This document shows, one piece after another, positions 11,023 through 24,769 of a DNA stretch of 34,405 bases. Source of the DNA: Ginkgo biloba (lineage: Eukaryota > Plantae > Ginkgophyta). A program made the position numbers and the translations under genes. Within the stretch, counting starts at the first letter, position 1. Each line of letters begins with the position of its first letter. Where the stretch lies: positions 202,243,026 through 202,277,430 of the forward strand of contig JANKJI020000002.1 of assembly GCA_024626585.2 (NCBI GenBank), in the 5' to 3' direction. The notes below the pieces were generated by a model. That model worked only from the letters and a program-made list of their open reading frames with translations. It was not told the origin of the DNA and did no database searches.

Positions 11023-12290
11023 AAAAGGGGATCGTTGAAGGAGTTGTTGAAGTTAAATCTCACTAAGGAGGTGTTATGTAGGCATTAAGAGTGGTTATAG
11101 TTGGAGAGATAAGATCCAAAGGAGGATGTAAAGAGTGGGTGTAATTGAAGATAACATCGAGAGTGGTTAGAGAGAGAAAAGTAGAAAAAATGAAGGATCT
11201 AGTACACTTGAGGAAAAGACTCATAGAGTTAGAAGAAAAGGACTAGAGGCTCTAACAAGAAGATAAGATATGAAGTATGCTAAATAACCTATGCATATTG
11301 ATAGGAATAAGTAAAGAGATAACACCTAGGAATAAAGAGGATGGAAGAGATGAGTCGATATAAATGATTCCTGATGATACCATGGAATGATAATGTGAGA
11401 AGTTTCCATGCAAGGACCCAAAGGAAGTTCTATGTAAGGTACCAATGCTAGTTTTATATGAATAATAAGAAGTTGTTTATTGTGAATCAAAATAAGATGT
11501 GGATCCTATTTATACCAAGGATCCCATGTAGTGATAAGATAATATCTTACATGGTGACATTCTATGAGAAGAACAATAAGAAGACATAATTATAGGAGCA
11601 TGTTATACCTTATATATAGAGAAAGTAGAGAATGTAGTGGAGAACTTTCTAGGTGAACCCATGCTAGGGTAACATGAGAAGGGATGAAAATAAGAAATTC
11701 CATATGAGTAGGACAAGATAGTAGAGCAAAAACCCCAACTATTTATGAATTTTATAGTTGGCATGATGAAGGTGGAAGTGAGTGAATCAAATGTATTTGG
11801 TTCACTTGATGTGATTGTTATTTATAAGAATGATAATGTGATCTTTGATGGAGGAAAAGAATAATAAGTGGAGGAATTCAATGATATGAAGTTAATTGAG
11901 GTTGGTGATAATATGGAGATAAGAAATGAAGACATCATGGAGATGCACCATATGAAGGAGATATTATAGGAATTCATATTTGGAGATGAGAATATATATG
12001 GTGAGGATATATTACACACCTATGAGGAATAGGGGATTGGTGGGAAAGTATTGGAGGACCATCAAATGGATGGAAGAGAAGCCTAGTTGGAGAGTCATCT
12101 AAAGGATGATATGAGAATGTCAGTGGTAAGTAGAGACATACTTGAAATATATGGATGCCTATAAAAGTGAAATGTTATATAAGGTTGAATATAAATGGAG
12201 GTGTGTATCCTTTTATCTATGAAAGAATATGGTACCATCTAAGTGCAATAGGTAAGAAATAGTCGTTGGGAAATTGGCCTAAGAAGAGGC
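11023..12290 (+). mobile_element. Internal region downstream of the PBS with a decayed acidic reading frame
   Basis: Purine-rich; ~11860-12160 reads VEEFNDMKLIEVGDNMEIRNEDIMEMHHMKEIL*EFIFGDENIYGEDILHTYEE*; no recognisable gag/pol motif. Confidence 0.35.
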
Positions 12291-12390
12291 NNNNNNNNNN
12301 NNNNNNNNNNNNNNNNNNNNNNNNNNNNNNNNNNNNNNNNNNNNNNNNNNNNNNNNNNNNNNNNNNNNNNNNNNNNNNNNNNNNNNNNNN

Positions 12391-12870
12391 TATTGTAGGG
12401 ATATACTAATTTAGATTAGGTAGGAGATGTTGATGAAAGGAAATATACATCAGGAATCAGGATATGTATTTGCATCTAGTTCTGGTCTACTTTCTTAGTG
12501 TAGCAAGAAGTAACCTATAATCTCCTTATCTTCCATAGAAGTAGAATATAAGGCATTGGTTGCAACCACTTATGAAGAAATTTAGCTAAGGAGGCTACTA
12601 GGTCACTTTGAACTTTTGTAGGATGATCCTACTTTATTATTTTATGATAATCAGGGTGTAATCCAAATTTTGAAGAACCATGTCTTCCACGCTAGGAAAA
12701 ATCTTGTGGAAGTTCATCATCATTTCATTCGGGAGAAGGTGTAGTGCAAGGTAATTGAGTTGGTCTATTGCCCAACTGAGGATTAGCATGATGGCATTCT
12801 CACTAAGGCTTTGAGTTGTAAGAAGTTTGAGAGGTTCAAAAGGCTCTTATTTGTGAGATATAATGAATTA
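12391..12870 (+). mobile_element. Ty1/copia RNase H (3' end of pol), degenerate
   Basis: GYTNLD*VGDVDERKYTSG, S*CSKK*PIISLSSIEVEY, DNQG, NHVFHARK, HFIREKV, PTED*HDGILTKAL. Confidence 0.95.
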
Positions 12871-12874
12871 CACA

Positions 12875-13319
12875 TTATGAGGAGTTGTTAAAAATAATGT
12901 ATAATTCCTAACTCATTCTTACTCTTAGTTGATTGATGAGTTAGATTAGGAAGATTCTCCCTAGAATTATGTTTCTATTATTTCACTCTCACATTCAAGA
13001 GCATGTAATTGTTATAACTGTAGTCTCTTTCACATACAAAGGCATGCATGAGTTGTAATTGAGGTTTCCTTATTCTTCTTATTCATTCTTCAACTTGCAC
13101 TTTTAATAGAAATCTCATTATGTTAACGAGTAGTAAGCTTACTCTCATTCATGGAATTTGAATGTAGTGCATGGGAATTCTACCATTGCAAGGAGAGTAA
13201 ATTGTGAAGCACTGTACATTGATGTGATCTAATACAAGGATTATTTTCTTGTAATCATTTTGTACTCAAGTTTTGTTGATTTTTGTCTCATATCATTATT
13301 TCACTTTGATTTCCCAATA
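12875..13319 (+). mobile_element. PPT and 3' LTR of the copia element
   Basis: TGAGGAGT then TGTTAAAAATAATG at 12886; candidate end TTTCCCAATA (decayed ...CCAACA) at 13319. Confidence 0.65.
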
Positions 13320-13329
13320 ATAATAGTCT

Positions 13330-13620
13330 AATCCATTAAAATATTATAATGAGCCTTTCAAAATATACTTTCTTGGACCCTCAATATGGACTCAAACTAA
13401 GTAGGTTTATCAATGTCAACTTAATTTATAACTTATTAGAATAAATAAATATATATCATTACACCTATACCTTCATAATAGACTCTTTATTTTATTCTTA
13501 CATTTATGTATTTAAAGTCTCCTTCTTTATAATCTTATTGTTGTCAAAGTAGTGCATCTTGTGCATGTCCTCCTACCATTCCATAACTAGATCATCATAG
13601 TCAACAATATTTGAATTATT
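13330..13620 (-). mobile_element. Possible gypsy integrase remnant
   Basis: Minus-strand GMVGGHA (His motif-like) followed ~200 bp later by RKYILK; very decayed. Confidence 0.25.
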
Positions 13621-13829
13621 GTTTCTAAATATCATAACTCCATCATCATAAAGTTGATATATCTCCTTATCATATTTATACATGTTATAAATATCTTATT
13701 CAAATTAAACATCACCTCCTTCTAATTANNNNNNNNNNNNNNNNNNNNNNNNNNNNNNNNNNNNNNNNNNNNNNNNNNNNNNNNNNNNNNNNNNNNNNNN
13801 NNNNNNNNNNNNNNNNNNNNNNNNNNNNA

Positions 13830-16800
13830 GGGGAAAAATGTCCATTTATGTTTAAGGAATACATCCATAAATCCCCAAAAAATATCTAATTAATAATCAA
13901 ATATTTATCTTTATACCTAAGGAAATATTATCGCTAGTCAAATGAAGTAGACTTTCACCATCTCCCTTCAGAAATAGTCATGATTGGTATGGAATCTTTC
14001 AAATCCTCACTAAGAATAGGATAATTTATTTTTAATGATGTTACTACAAATAACCATGCTATTCTTAATACCAATTCTCACTTAACCTCTAAAATCATCA
14101 AGGATTTTAATATTTCCCTTAAATCAAGAAAAGAACCTTGTTTATTGGACATGGATAAAACCTATAAAGGGAAGGGCCAACCACATGAATGTGGTTAGAG
14201 GACCAAATAAACCAAAGTGCTCATAGCTAATGGTTCCTAGAAAATCCTTAAGGAATATTTCCTCAATACTATACAAAAAATAAATAACAAATGAAACTGA
14301 TCTCATAGAATATTAGGGGACTAGGGACCCTAAAAAGAGAAACTACTTTAAGAAGGAAAATTTAGGATGAAAAAACAAATCTAGTTCTAATTCAAGAGAC
14401 CAAATTGTATGTTCAAATTTTTATGAATTTTAAGGATTAAATATGGGTCAAATCAAGAGTAATTTCCTCTAATGATACAAGCAAGTATGGAGGTATAGAA
14501 ATCTTGTGGGCTAATCCATATATAGAATGTATTTAGAAAGTGATCTTTAAAAATTGTATTTACTTAAAAATGTAAGACCAAATTCTAGTTAAGGAGTACA
14601 ACATCTTAAATATTTAAGGTCTAAATAACTATATTGAGAAGAGGATAATGTGGGATGAAATATAAAATCTTGTTTCAATGGTTAAGGATCAAACTATAAT
14701 AATAAAGGGAGACTTCACTACAACTTTGGATAAAATGGGAAAAAAAGGAGGCAATTTTTTTCAAAATTACTAGGTTAGGGATTTAATCCATATAAGCATT
14801 CAAGATAATTATATAGTTGGAATTCATCACAAGGAGGTATGATATACATGGAGAACTAGGATAAATGGAAATGATTTTATCACAAAAAGAATTCATATAT
14901 TCCTTTTGTCTTCCAACATTCTGGTAGATAATACAATGGTTGAGACTTGTGTGATATCAAGTATAATCTCTAATAATAGTCCCATATGTCTCTCCATCCA
15001 AGTAAAACCTAAATCATAGAATGATCCTTTCAAATTACTACCTATTTGGATTAGTTGTCTAGATTTCCAAGTTAAGATGTAGATATGGTGGAATTTTTGT
15101 TGTATATCACATGGAACCAAAATGTTCAAATTCTTCAAAAGATTACAAAATGTAAAAATTGAATTGAAAAGTTGGGTAGCGAACCAAAATTCCATAATAC
15201 ACAAGAAAGTCAACAAATAAAAAATCAAACATCATAAAATCAAAGACCATGCGATTCATAAAATATGGACAAAGAACTTACTCCAAGAATAAGTTCATCT
15301 ACTCAAAGTCATAGAAGAAGAATAAAATAAGGAAGAGATTATATGGAGGCCAAATTCTAGAAATATATGGTTACAAATAGATGATCATAACTCCTTTTGA
15401 CATAAATTTGGCATCAAAAGAAGGGCTCACAATCAAAACACCATGATTTAAAATCATGAAGGAAACATCATACAACACATATTTAGGTCAAGGAGAAAAT
15501 ATGTAATCATTTTAATTATTTCCTCAATGAGTAAATGGAGAACAATGAAAAATCCCAAGAGCATATACTTTGGTTCATTAGACCAATAATCACTAATCAC
15601 ATAAACAAATCACTATGCAAGGTAATACACAATGTTGCAATATAAAAAGTAGTGTAAGGAATGAACATTGATAAGGAACCTAGTTTGGATGGGTTTTAGG
15701 TCAATTTATACTTGTAAAGTTAGGAGATAATCAAAATTCATGTAATATACATGGTGGAGGAATCACATTTGAATTGGATCTATCCTAGGGTCAATCAATT
15801 CCACATTTCTTAATACAATTCTAAATTAGAAATATTCTATGACTTTTGACTATTATTGATCTATTTCCTTATCCAACACCTCATATAATATTATCACAAA
15901 GTGATAACCAATAGGTTAAAATATTTATAAATAAAATCATCTCTCTTAAACAAAGTGTATTCATTTCATGGAAGTCCATGTTTTACAAAATTATCATAAC
16001 CTAAGAGAAACTTCTCTCTGCAATGCATAATAAATCTAAATCCATGATGGAAAAAAATGAGCTATCAAGTTCTTATTATCATTTGGACATATCCTTTATC
16101 ATCAAGTTCATCAATAATATTAGTTTTATAGAGTAATTTTTAAAGTAGATGAAGAATTATATTTGGAAACCAAAGGTAGTGATATGCTTAATGGGGAAGC
16201 AAAAATTTTTTTCTAATCTTCAAGAGGGATCTACCAAGGATTATATCTATCCCCATTTTTTTTTGAATCATCTCATAGTGACTCATAAATATATTAAAGT
16301 AGGGATCGATACCAACTATCTAATACATATTAAAGTCACATCAGGTATAAATCCCTCCACACATGCTCCATTTATCGATGTCACAATATTTTTTGGTTAG
16401 TGTCCATCCAAAATTCCAAGGTTTTAAAATAATTTTTGAATGATTTCATTCAATCCATATGTAAAATAATCAAGAAGATGAAATTCATTTATATTTTTTT
16501 CATACTCCAACCAGATTGAGAGATAAAATTCGTAATATCTTTTGATTTACCAAGGGTGACACAAAATTAGTGATAAAATACCTAGGAGCACTAATCAAAG
16601 AAAGCGACATAAGAATAAATGGCTAGAATACTTTTCTAAAATAAATCTTAATGATTTTTAATAGATGGAAAAACTCCTTAAATCTAGAAGGGAGACATGT
16701 ATTCATAACCTCCATCTTTTATACCATTCTAATTTTCTAACTATCTATTTTATATTCTCTAAAAGTGGTTCTAAACCATCTTGATCAATTAATCAGAATA

Positions 16801-19355
16801 TTTCTCTATATATGGATAAAGAACAATTAACATTGATTTCATTAATGAAGTGGCAACGATTCAGTCTCCCAAAAAAAAAATGGAGGACTTGGCATCTGCC
16901 AAAATCATTTAGTAAATATGGCCCTATCATCCAAAATATAATAGATACTCACCTAGAATCCTCTAGATCCTTAGTCCTCCTTCCTTTTAGAAAAATATTA
17001 TAAAAAATGCTCCAATATTGAACTACCTACCAATATAAGTCACACCTAACTAGAAAAAGAATATGGAAAAATATTTTTAATGGCATATCCATACTTAAGC
17101 AAAATATAACATGGGTTGTCAAACAAGGGTGTATTAACATTTTTAAAAATTCTATCATTGGAAAAACTCCATGCAAGACACTACCACTCATTCAAAGTCT
17201 TAAATATATTCTCATTTTATCCATCTTGTATACTGTTAGTGAATTTTTTAGTGTTTCTATCAGTGAAAAAGTTGTCAAAGAATCTAGGTTCAAGGAATAA
17301 TTGATAGATTTGGTACTAAAAAAATATCAAGCATGTGTTTTTACTATTAAAATATTGACTAGATATTATTCATATTTTTATTAGGCCATCCCCAAATAGG
17401 CCCACATGGAATGATAAGTAAAATATTATGAATGTCTCTATGTCCTTCATCCATAAAATATTATCCTAATTAGGTCTAACTAAGGATCCACATAGTAGGT
17501 AATGGATAACCATTTCATATTTTCCTTTCATCCTAAAGTCCCAACACTTCATATAACTTATGTCTCATGAGGAAGTATTGACAAGGGATAACCAAAGATG
17601 TTGAGGCATATGTATCTCATTGTAATGCCACCTCTATGAATATAATGAAGAATATTTTGACCACTTATTTTTTGAATGCATGGTATCTCAAGAGGTTTGG
17701 GAAATTATATTCAATGATTTTAATCAAAATGGAAACTAAATTAATGATTTTTGGGACCTCCTCAACACTCCCCTTATTAAAAATAGTCCCTTGATCAATA
17801 TCCTTTTGAAAATGATGCCTCTAACAATCTTATGGAACTTATGGTCTGTAAGGAATAATAGATGTTTCGAGGATTCCAAAGTCTATCTACAAATAATTTA
17901 GAAGAAAAGTATAAAATTTATGGTTGAATAGGTGTAAGTTTTTCATCCAAAGCTACTTCAAGCTTATGTGATGGCCATCTCATTTCAAAAGGTAGTGATT
18001 AAAATATTTAATATCAAGGAAAATTATACAAGTAAAATTAGGAAAAGAAATAAATACTTACCCAACCAATCTGTGAACCCAATTCTTTTTTTTATGGGTC
18101 ATCTATCGATAACCTTTGATTCGTAGGAATAAGGGGGGTGTCTTCTTGTCCCAGATAAAAATTACACCATGGAATATACAAAAGTACTTGGGAAAAGATC
18201 CAATAACTATGTTGAATTTAGGTCACTAATAAGAGGCCTAAAAATTTCTCTTTAGTAGGGGTTGAGACATCTATATATCAAGGGAGATTTAATGGTGGTT
18301 ATTTCATATATCCATCAAATTATGAGGTCTAAATACCAAATTATTAAATACTTAATGGATTAATTTATGGATATCATAAAAAAATTATAGCCATGGGATG
18401 AGAAATATATTTATAAAGAGTCAAATAGTTATGTAGATAGATTAGCAAAATATGATACTTTACTAGCTTATGGAAAAATCCATATATAAGAAAAACTAGG
18501 AGAAGATCCTACCTAAATCAAGTTTTATCATTGAATAAGCATACATCGAGTTACTTTTCTCTTGGACTAAAGTGAGATGAAATTTGGAATATAGATCTTA
18601 GTGTTTCTTTTCATGCCAAAGGTCATTCACCACAATGGCAGTGATGCTCGTAGACTTGAATGCATATGCTTTGGGTGTTTGAATATAATTTTCTAAACCT
18701 CCTCTTCTCATTTATCAATCTAGGTTTCATCTCTCAACCCTTTTAAATTTATTTTCTTAACATCCAATATTCATTCAATGATCATTTTTATCATTCATTT
18801 CGCCCTAGGTCTTTTCTTGTCAGTCATTTGAAGTTTGTTCATGAATCCACTTTAGTATGATCACTAGGTAATAGTTTTTATTCACTTCATGGGTATATAA
18901 TTGATCTTTGAATGTATGATCCACTCATTGAAAGGATACTATCCAAATGAATATTCATATAAGGATGTAACATATCCTAATGATGGTTTCCATTTATTGT
19001 TGGAATTCATGGTGTTCGAATGTTTATTATGACTTTATTATGGGAGGCTTCTAATAAGGAAATTCCAAACTCCTTTTTTTGAAATGAAAAAATTATGGGT
19101 GTAAGACTAAAGGAATAGGATTCCTAGATGGACTTCTATAGTAATCCATAGATTCAATTTTGGGTGGCTAATATTTTCTCCATCAATAAAGCCAACAAAT
19201 TGAACATATGCTCCACTAATGTTTACATACAAAATTTTCTCCATTTGGTTTTATTTTTTGATTCTTGAGGTTTTATCTAAAATGTAATTTCCATAAGGGT
19301 GATGTATTTTATCTCTTTTAGAATTAATATATTTTTTTAATGCAAAAAGAAAAAA
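13830..19355 (+). mobile_element. L1-clade LINE: degenerate ORF2 (APE endonuclease, RT, zf-RVT, RNase H), long 3' region and A-rich tail
   Basis: GGIEILW, GDF (14708), YTW; EEIIWR (15332); KEPSLDGF (15673; cf. KAPGPDGF); SRGI.QG; FIDVT (16371; cf. FADDT); KYLG; GGLGI (16882); HLFFEC (17662); LWNLWSVRNNRCF; RNase H NNYVEF, GD, IYKESNSYVDRLAK (~18090-18450); AAAAAGAAAAAA at 19344-19355. 5' limit is a gap edge. Confidence 0.92.
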
Positions 19356-20135
19356 TGTCAATCAAGAAAATATGTTAATAAGTAAACTAAATAATCATAA
19401 AAATAGATATATATTATATTTCCACTTATGTACTAAGATGTTGATAAATTAAATATATGAATAAATAAACCATAAAATTATAAAATAATTATCTATTAGC
19501 TTACACATATATATTAATATGTTAGTCAATTAAATATATTAATAAATAAACCACATGCGTAAGGGAAGTTGTAAACTATATCAATATATATATATATACT
19601 AATATGTCAATTAATTAAAGATGGTAATAAATGAACCATAAAGGTTTTAAAATAGATACATATGAACTTGGTACATATATATACTAATGAGTNNNNNNNN
19701 NNNNNNNNNNNNNNNNNNNNNNNNNNNNNNNNNNNNNNNNNNNNNNNNNNNNNNNNNNNNNNNNNNNNNNNNNNNNNNNNNNNNNNNNNNNNTCCAAGTA
19801 GTATTTCATCTACCTCTTCTAACGTAAATAAATAACTTGAAACTATATACATTCATACTTACTTAGGAAAGGGAAAAGAAAAGGTGGGATTTGCATTTAA
19901 ATTTTATTCTAAATTATGCACTGTATAAAGGGATGGGATGAACTACATATTTCTTTTTATAATAATCATTTCCAAATTTCTTTTCACACATATAAAAAAT
20001 AACACACTTGTTCACACATTTAGGTATGATAGGGATAACCCTATACGAACCGACTTTTGGGGTGGTCACTTTGTGATGAATTCGGGAGAGACCATCTTCT
20101 CTCTATCTTATAGCATTAACATATAAAATTTATTC

Positions 20136-21177
20136 GATACTAGCCTAGAATCCTACAAATCCTTTTTTCTCCTTACTTTTAAAAAAATATTACAGAATCT
20201 ACTTTAGTTTTAAAATACTGACCAATGTTTAGCCACACCCTACTAGTAAAAAAAAAAAAAAAAACCTACTAAATGGCATATCCATACTTAAAAAAAATAT
20301 TATGTGGGTTTTAAAACAAGGTTGCATTAATATTTTTAATAACTATATAGAAGATAAATATCCACTTAATATTATTCCAAACATACAAAGTCTATAGTTT
20401 TATTCCTTTCATGTAACTTATACAATGTTAGGAATTTTTATAGTCTTTCCATGTGTGTAGAAGGCATGAAAGAATCTAGGTTTAAGGAAGAACTACTAAA
20501 ATATATATTATAAAATCTTAATCATGCATTTTTAATGTTCAAATATTGGCTATATATGATCTAGATATTCATGAATCCAAGCCCATATATACCTATATGG
20601 ATTGATAAGGACAACTTAGTGCAATTTTCTATATCCTGCGTTTATAAACTACTATCCCAATCAGAGATGGCTAATAATTCACATAGTACGCTATGGAGAA
20701 CCATTTGTTATTTACCTTTTAAACTTAAGTTCCAATACTTAATTTGGATTATGGATCATTAGGCCTTCTTAATAGGGGATAATTTGAGATGGAAAGGCAT
20801 ATGTGGATTGATGTTATGCTATCTTTGTGAAAAAAATAAAGCATCCTTTCACCACCTATTTTTTGAATGTAGGATATCTTAAGAGGTTTTGGAAATTCTA
20901 TTCAATTATTTCAACAAAAATGAGAAATAAATTAGTGATTTTTAGGACATCCTTAACATTCCTTATATAAAAAATAACCCTTTGATTGATATCCTTTGGA
21001 AAATGATGCGACTTAGCATCTTATGGAATTTATGATCTACAAGGAATAATAGGAGTTTTGAGGAATCCAAAGTTTGTACAAAAATAATTTGGAATAAAAT
21101 CCTAAAATTTGTGACTAAATAATTACAAACTTTCTGACCAAATATCTATAAGCTAATGAAGTGATCAACCCATCTCA
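20136..21177 (+). mobile_element. Second, truncated L1 copy (post-RT/zf-RVT region), paralogous to 16944-17982
   Basis: Colinear shared blocks such as AATGGCATATCCATACTTAA, AAGAATCTAGGTT, CCACYTATTTTTTGAATG, ATCTTATGGAA, AAGGAATAATAG; ends at a gap. Confidence 0.9.
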
Positions 21178-22759
21178 NNNNNNNNNNNNNNNNNNNNNNN
21201 NNNNNNNNNNNNNNNNNNNNNNNNNNNNNNNNNNNNNNNNNNNNNNNNNNNNNNNNNNNNNNNNNNNNNNNNNNNNNAATTAGTATTTATTAGATATTAT
21301 TATATAATAAATAATATTATCTTAGTTCCCTATAAGAAGGAGATAATATAGATGTTGTACATATTTAATTTGAAAGAGGGGGCTCTACACGGAATTCTAG
21401 CTTCTGCCCAACTAATTTGGAAACATATAAGGGAGAGATCATAAAGAGTTACATGATTATTAGATTTAAGTGTTTCTTTCTCATGGTGAATCTTAAATAA
21501 TTCATAATTAGATATCATAAGCCTATATAGTCTTCTCAACATTATCATATTCATATTTAAAATTGGACCAAGTAAAGCAGGAATATAAATCATATTTTTC
21601 ATTTATATTAGGGTAAAAAAACCTAAGCATAAAATTCATATGGAAGTAGGCATACTTTCAATTTGATATTATTAAAAGAGGAATTACCTTAATTAATATT
21701 CTATGTCATATACCATGTTAAAGTATTTATTTATGATTAAGTGACTAGTTTGAGCTCTTATATAACCACTAACCCAGAGAGGCTCTATTATCTATACAAC
21801 TTAATAATTTATTATAAATGTTAAGTAAAATTAATAATACTCTATTAGTATGTTCATAGTACTATGAAATGAATTTTTTTTTAACGTATGAATACAATAC
21901 NNNNNNNNNNNNNNNNNNNNNNNNNNNNNNNNNNNNNNNNNNNNNNNNNNNNNNNNNCTTAGCCATATGGAATAAAATGTTATTTTATAGCTTAAATCCC
22001 ACTAATTTGACCTATTAGTTATATAAAACATCTATATTATTGTACTCTTTTATCAAATTTATAAATAATCCTTTCTTATAATAATTTTCTAAGTATCTAA
22101 AATTTTAAGTCATGAAGGTAACAATAGGAAAGGATTGAATTTTCTATGTTTATACCATCACCTTATCCCTTATCCCCATAAAATATTGGATATAAGAGAT
22201 TATTTATATCCATTATACTTCTTATTATTTTCCCTTATATTTCAAAGTAGTTACTTATAATAATTTGATTTTCATATCCTTTTCTCAAAATATAGTAAAT
22301 GAAGGGTATACTAATTTTTGAGGAGTTATTCTTAAGAGACCTTTAATAATTACTCTTAGTGGGATTAGAATATTGGGAATAACCTTTTATAGTGGTTATA
22401 CTAGTAATATTTAGTGACCAAATAGGGTAATATCAATCCAAATAAACATAAATTGATTAATTCCATAAAATATAATATCATATAGATGAATAATACACCA
22501 TATAATAAGTAATTCATGTTTTAAAATATAAAGAGGTCATAATATCATTATTAGTATATAATAAGGGACTCTCCTAATTATAAATATAATAAGGGACTTA
22601 TGTAAGTCTAAAATACCATAAGTGAACAAATGATCCATAAAGATATTCTAAGTCATAAGTTATTTCACAATTGAGGTTGAAGCACCCTTATATACTCAAA
22701 TATGCCTCCTTATCGTGAATCCTTTAATTATAAATTAATTTTGGTTACCATTATAAATC

Positions 22760-23012
22760 CATGTCCACCACTTATCTCTCCCATAATTACTATAATGTTT
22801 GTTACATTTATTATTTTGGGGGCATAACATACTATCCCCTCTTAATATATTTATATGTTAAAGTATGTGTCTCCTATGTCTACTCAAGATTTTCCATATA
22901 TTATGGTCTAGGTATATTATTTTGGATTGATTATTTTAAACTCCTTATTTAGATTATTTTTCATGAAAGAATTAATTTTCATATGCTTACATCCTTGTCT
23001 ATTCTTGTTGTT
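22760..23012 (-). mobile_element. 3' end of a gypsy element: PPT and start of an LTR
   Basis: Minus strand TTAAGAGGGGATAGTA (22845-22830) then TGTTATGCCCCC at 22829. LTR extent not resolved. Confidence 0.45.
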
Positions 23013-23339
23013 NNNNNNNNNNNNNNNNNNNNNNNNNNNNNNNNNNNNNNNNNNNNNNNNNNNNNNNNNNNNNNNNNNNNNNNNNNNNNNNNNNNNNNNN
23101 NNNNNNNNNNNNCTCTAAAGTTCTCTAGTCTATAAAGTGAGTTGAAGTAAAATACAATTATTGTCGAGAAAGCTATAATATTTAGTCAACTTAGAGATCT
23201 ACCCACTTTGAAATATTGGATTCATAACCACTCCTTTCCTATAATGAACTTAATAATTATATGAAGATAGGAAAAATAAATAACCATAATTTTGATACCT
23301 TTATAGGTTCACTTTCCATAAACATTTTCCCAAGATTTA

Positions 23340-23652
23340 ATCAGATACCACTTGTAACAATACCTCCAATATATTTGAGATGACATGGTAATAGAATCAT
23401 AATTATATTCACATAATCCACTTTTAGGGTGGAACCTCTAATACATAAGAAATAGTATAACATCTAAGATGCCTCTATAGGATTACATCGAGATATAAAT
23501 AGGAAGAAGTCTCCCTACATGGATATGTGGGATATGACAAGTGCACCTACATGTGTATGTTAGATATAACAAGTGTAGGGATGAAGTAGGTATAATATAA
23601 GGAAGACTTATATGTAAAGAAGTAGGTAACACTAAGGGTTAGGTTTATTACA
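23340..23652 (-). mobile_element. 5' LTR (23353-23652) plus PBS
   Basis: Minus strand TGTAATAAACC...GTTACA, 2-nt spacer, TGGTATCTGA (23350-23341); terminal TG..CA with short inverted ends. Confidence 0.7.
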
Positions 23653-23654
23653 CA

Positions 23655-23850
23655 TTTTCATATTGATTTAGAATGCATCATCCAAGGTAATCCCATGTCC
23701 TTCTACAATTCTAAGGATATTATTTCATATTTGGAACCAAATTCAATAAAAAAATATTTCATATTTATGTATTAAACCATGACTTGTACAAAAGGTTCAA
23801 TATCCTTATACTTCAATATTCTATTTTCCTTCTTCTACACATTCTTAATT
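23655..23850 (-). mobile_element. Degenerate gypsy aspartic protease remnant
   Basis: EPFVQVMV*YINMKYFFIEFGSKYEIISLEL*KDMGLP resembles the ID(S/G)GSxxNII...LGLP protease pattern; catalytic Asp not preserved. Confidence 0.45.
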
Positions 23851-24769
23851 TTGTAATTTCATAAATATTTAAATAGAATTGCTAATTTTAGTAGAGTTGG
23901 CCTCTTTATTAGAATTCATTTTTCCATTATAGAAAATCCTTTTATGTATTTACTTCTTGAAATTTATCTTCTTCATAAGAGTCTTGAATATCCAAAGATT
24001 TATTCTCTTACTTTTGAGATTATAGTATTAGATCCCTATTAATTGTATATTCCTTCTTTTAAAATTTAGGCTTAGAATACTCCATATTATATTTTCCTTT
24101 ATCTTTAGCTATGTAACTATACCATTAATGAGATATGATGNNNNNNNNNNNNNNNNNNNNNNNNNNNNNNNNNNNNNNNNNNNNNNNNNNNNNNNNNNNN
24201 NNNNNNNNNNNNNNNNNNNNNNNNNNNNNNNNNNNNNNNNCTTGGAAGCAATCACATCCCTGCTGACTAGATGTATATTCTTATTAATTTATTTACCCAT
24301 ATATGATGTTAATATTATTATGTGTAGTGATATCCATATTCATAGTCAGAAGATCAAATGGAATATTTTTATTTTTTATTTAATGTAAGAAAGAATAATA
24401 CGGTAAAAAAATATTTTAATAATGATAAAATCATTTCAAATTTGAGTGGTTAATATAAATGAATGGTAAAATAAATAAGTTTGTAGGAAAATAATTAGCA
24501 GTAGATATGAATTAAATTAAGCCAAATTCATTCCTAAATTTTTATAATTTCCCAAGATAGATATGTATTGATACAACCTAAATGGTCTACTTTTGTAAGA
24601 ATTGGGCACTAACATTGAAGAAGAATATATAATGCACTCAATAGGTCTCATGAACACAAATGACATGTTTGAAGCCATCTTCAATATATAAAACATTTTA
24701 ATTTTAGAATCATACTTGTATGCTTCCATGGTAAATAATTTCTATATGTTATTTTCCTATTTGCATTCA

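Noticed and set aside
20025-20105. CpG-containing patch with hairpin ATAGGG-ATAA-CCCTAT as a MITE end
   Set aside because: No partner terminal repeat or target-site duplication found.
22660-22725. TIEV..MPPYRES resembling the start of gypsy RT
   Set aside because: Too short, with no continuation into RT motifs.
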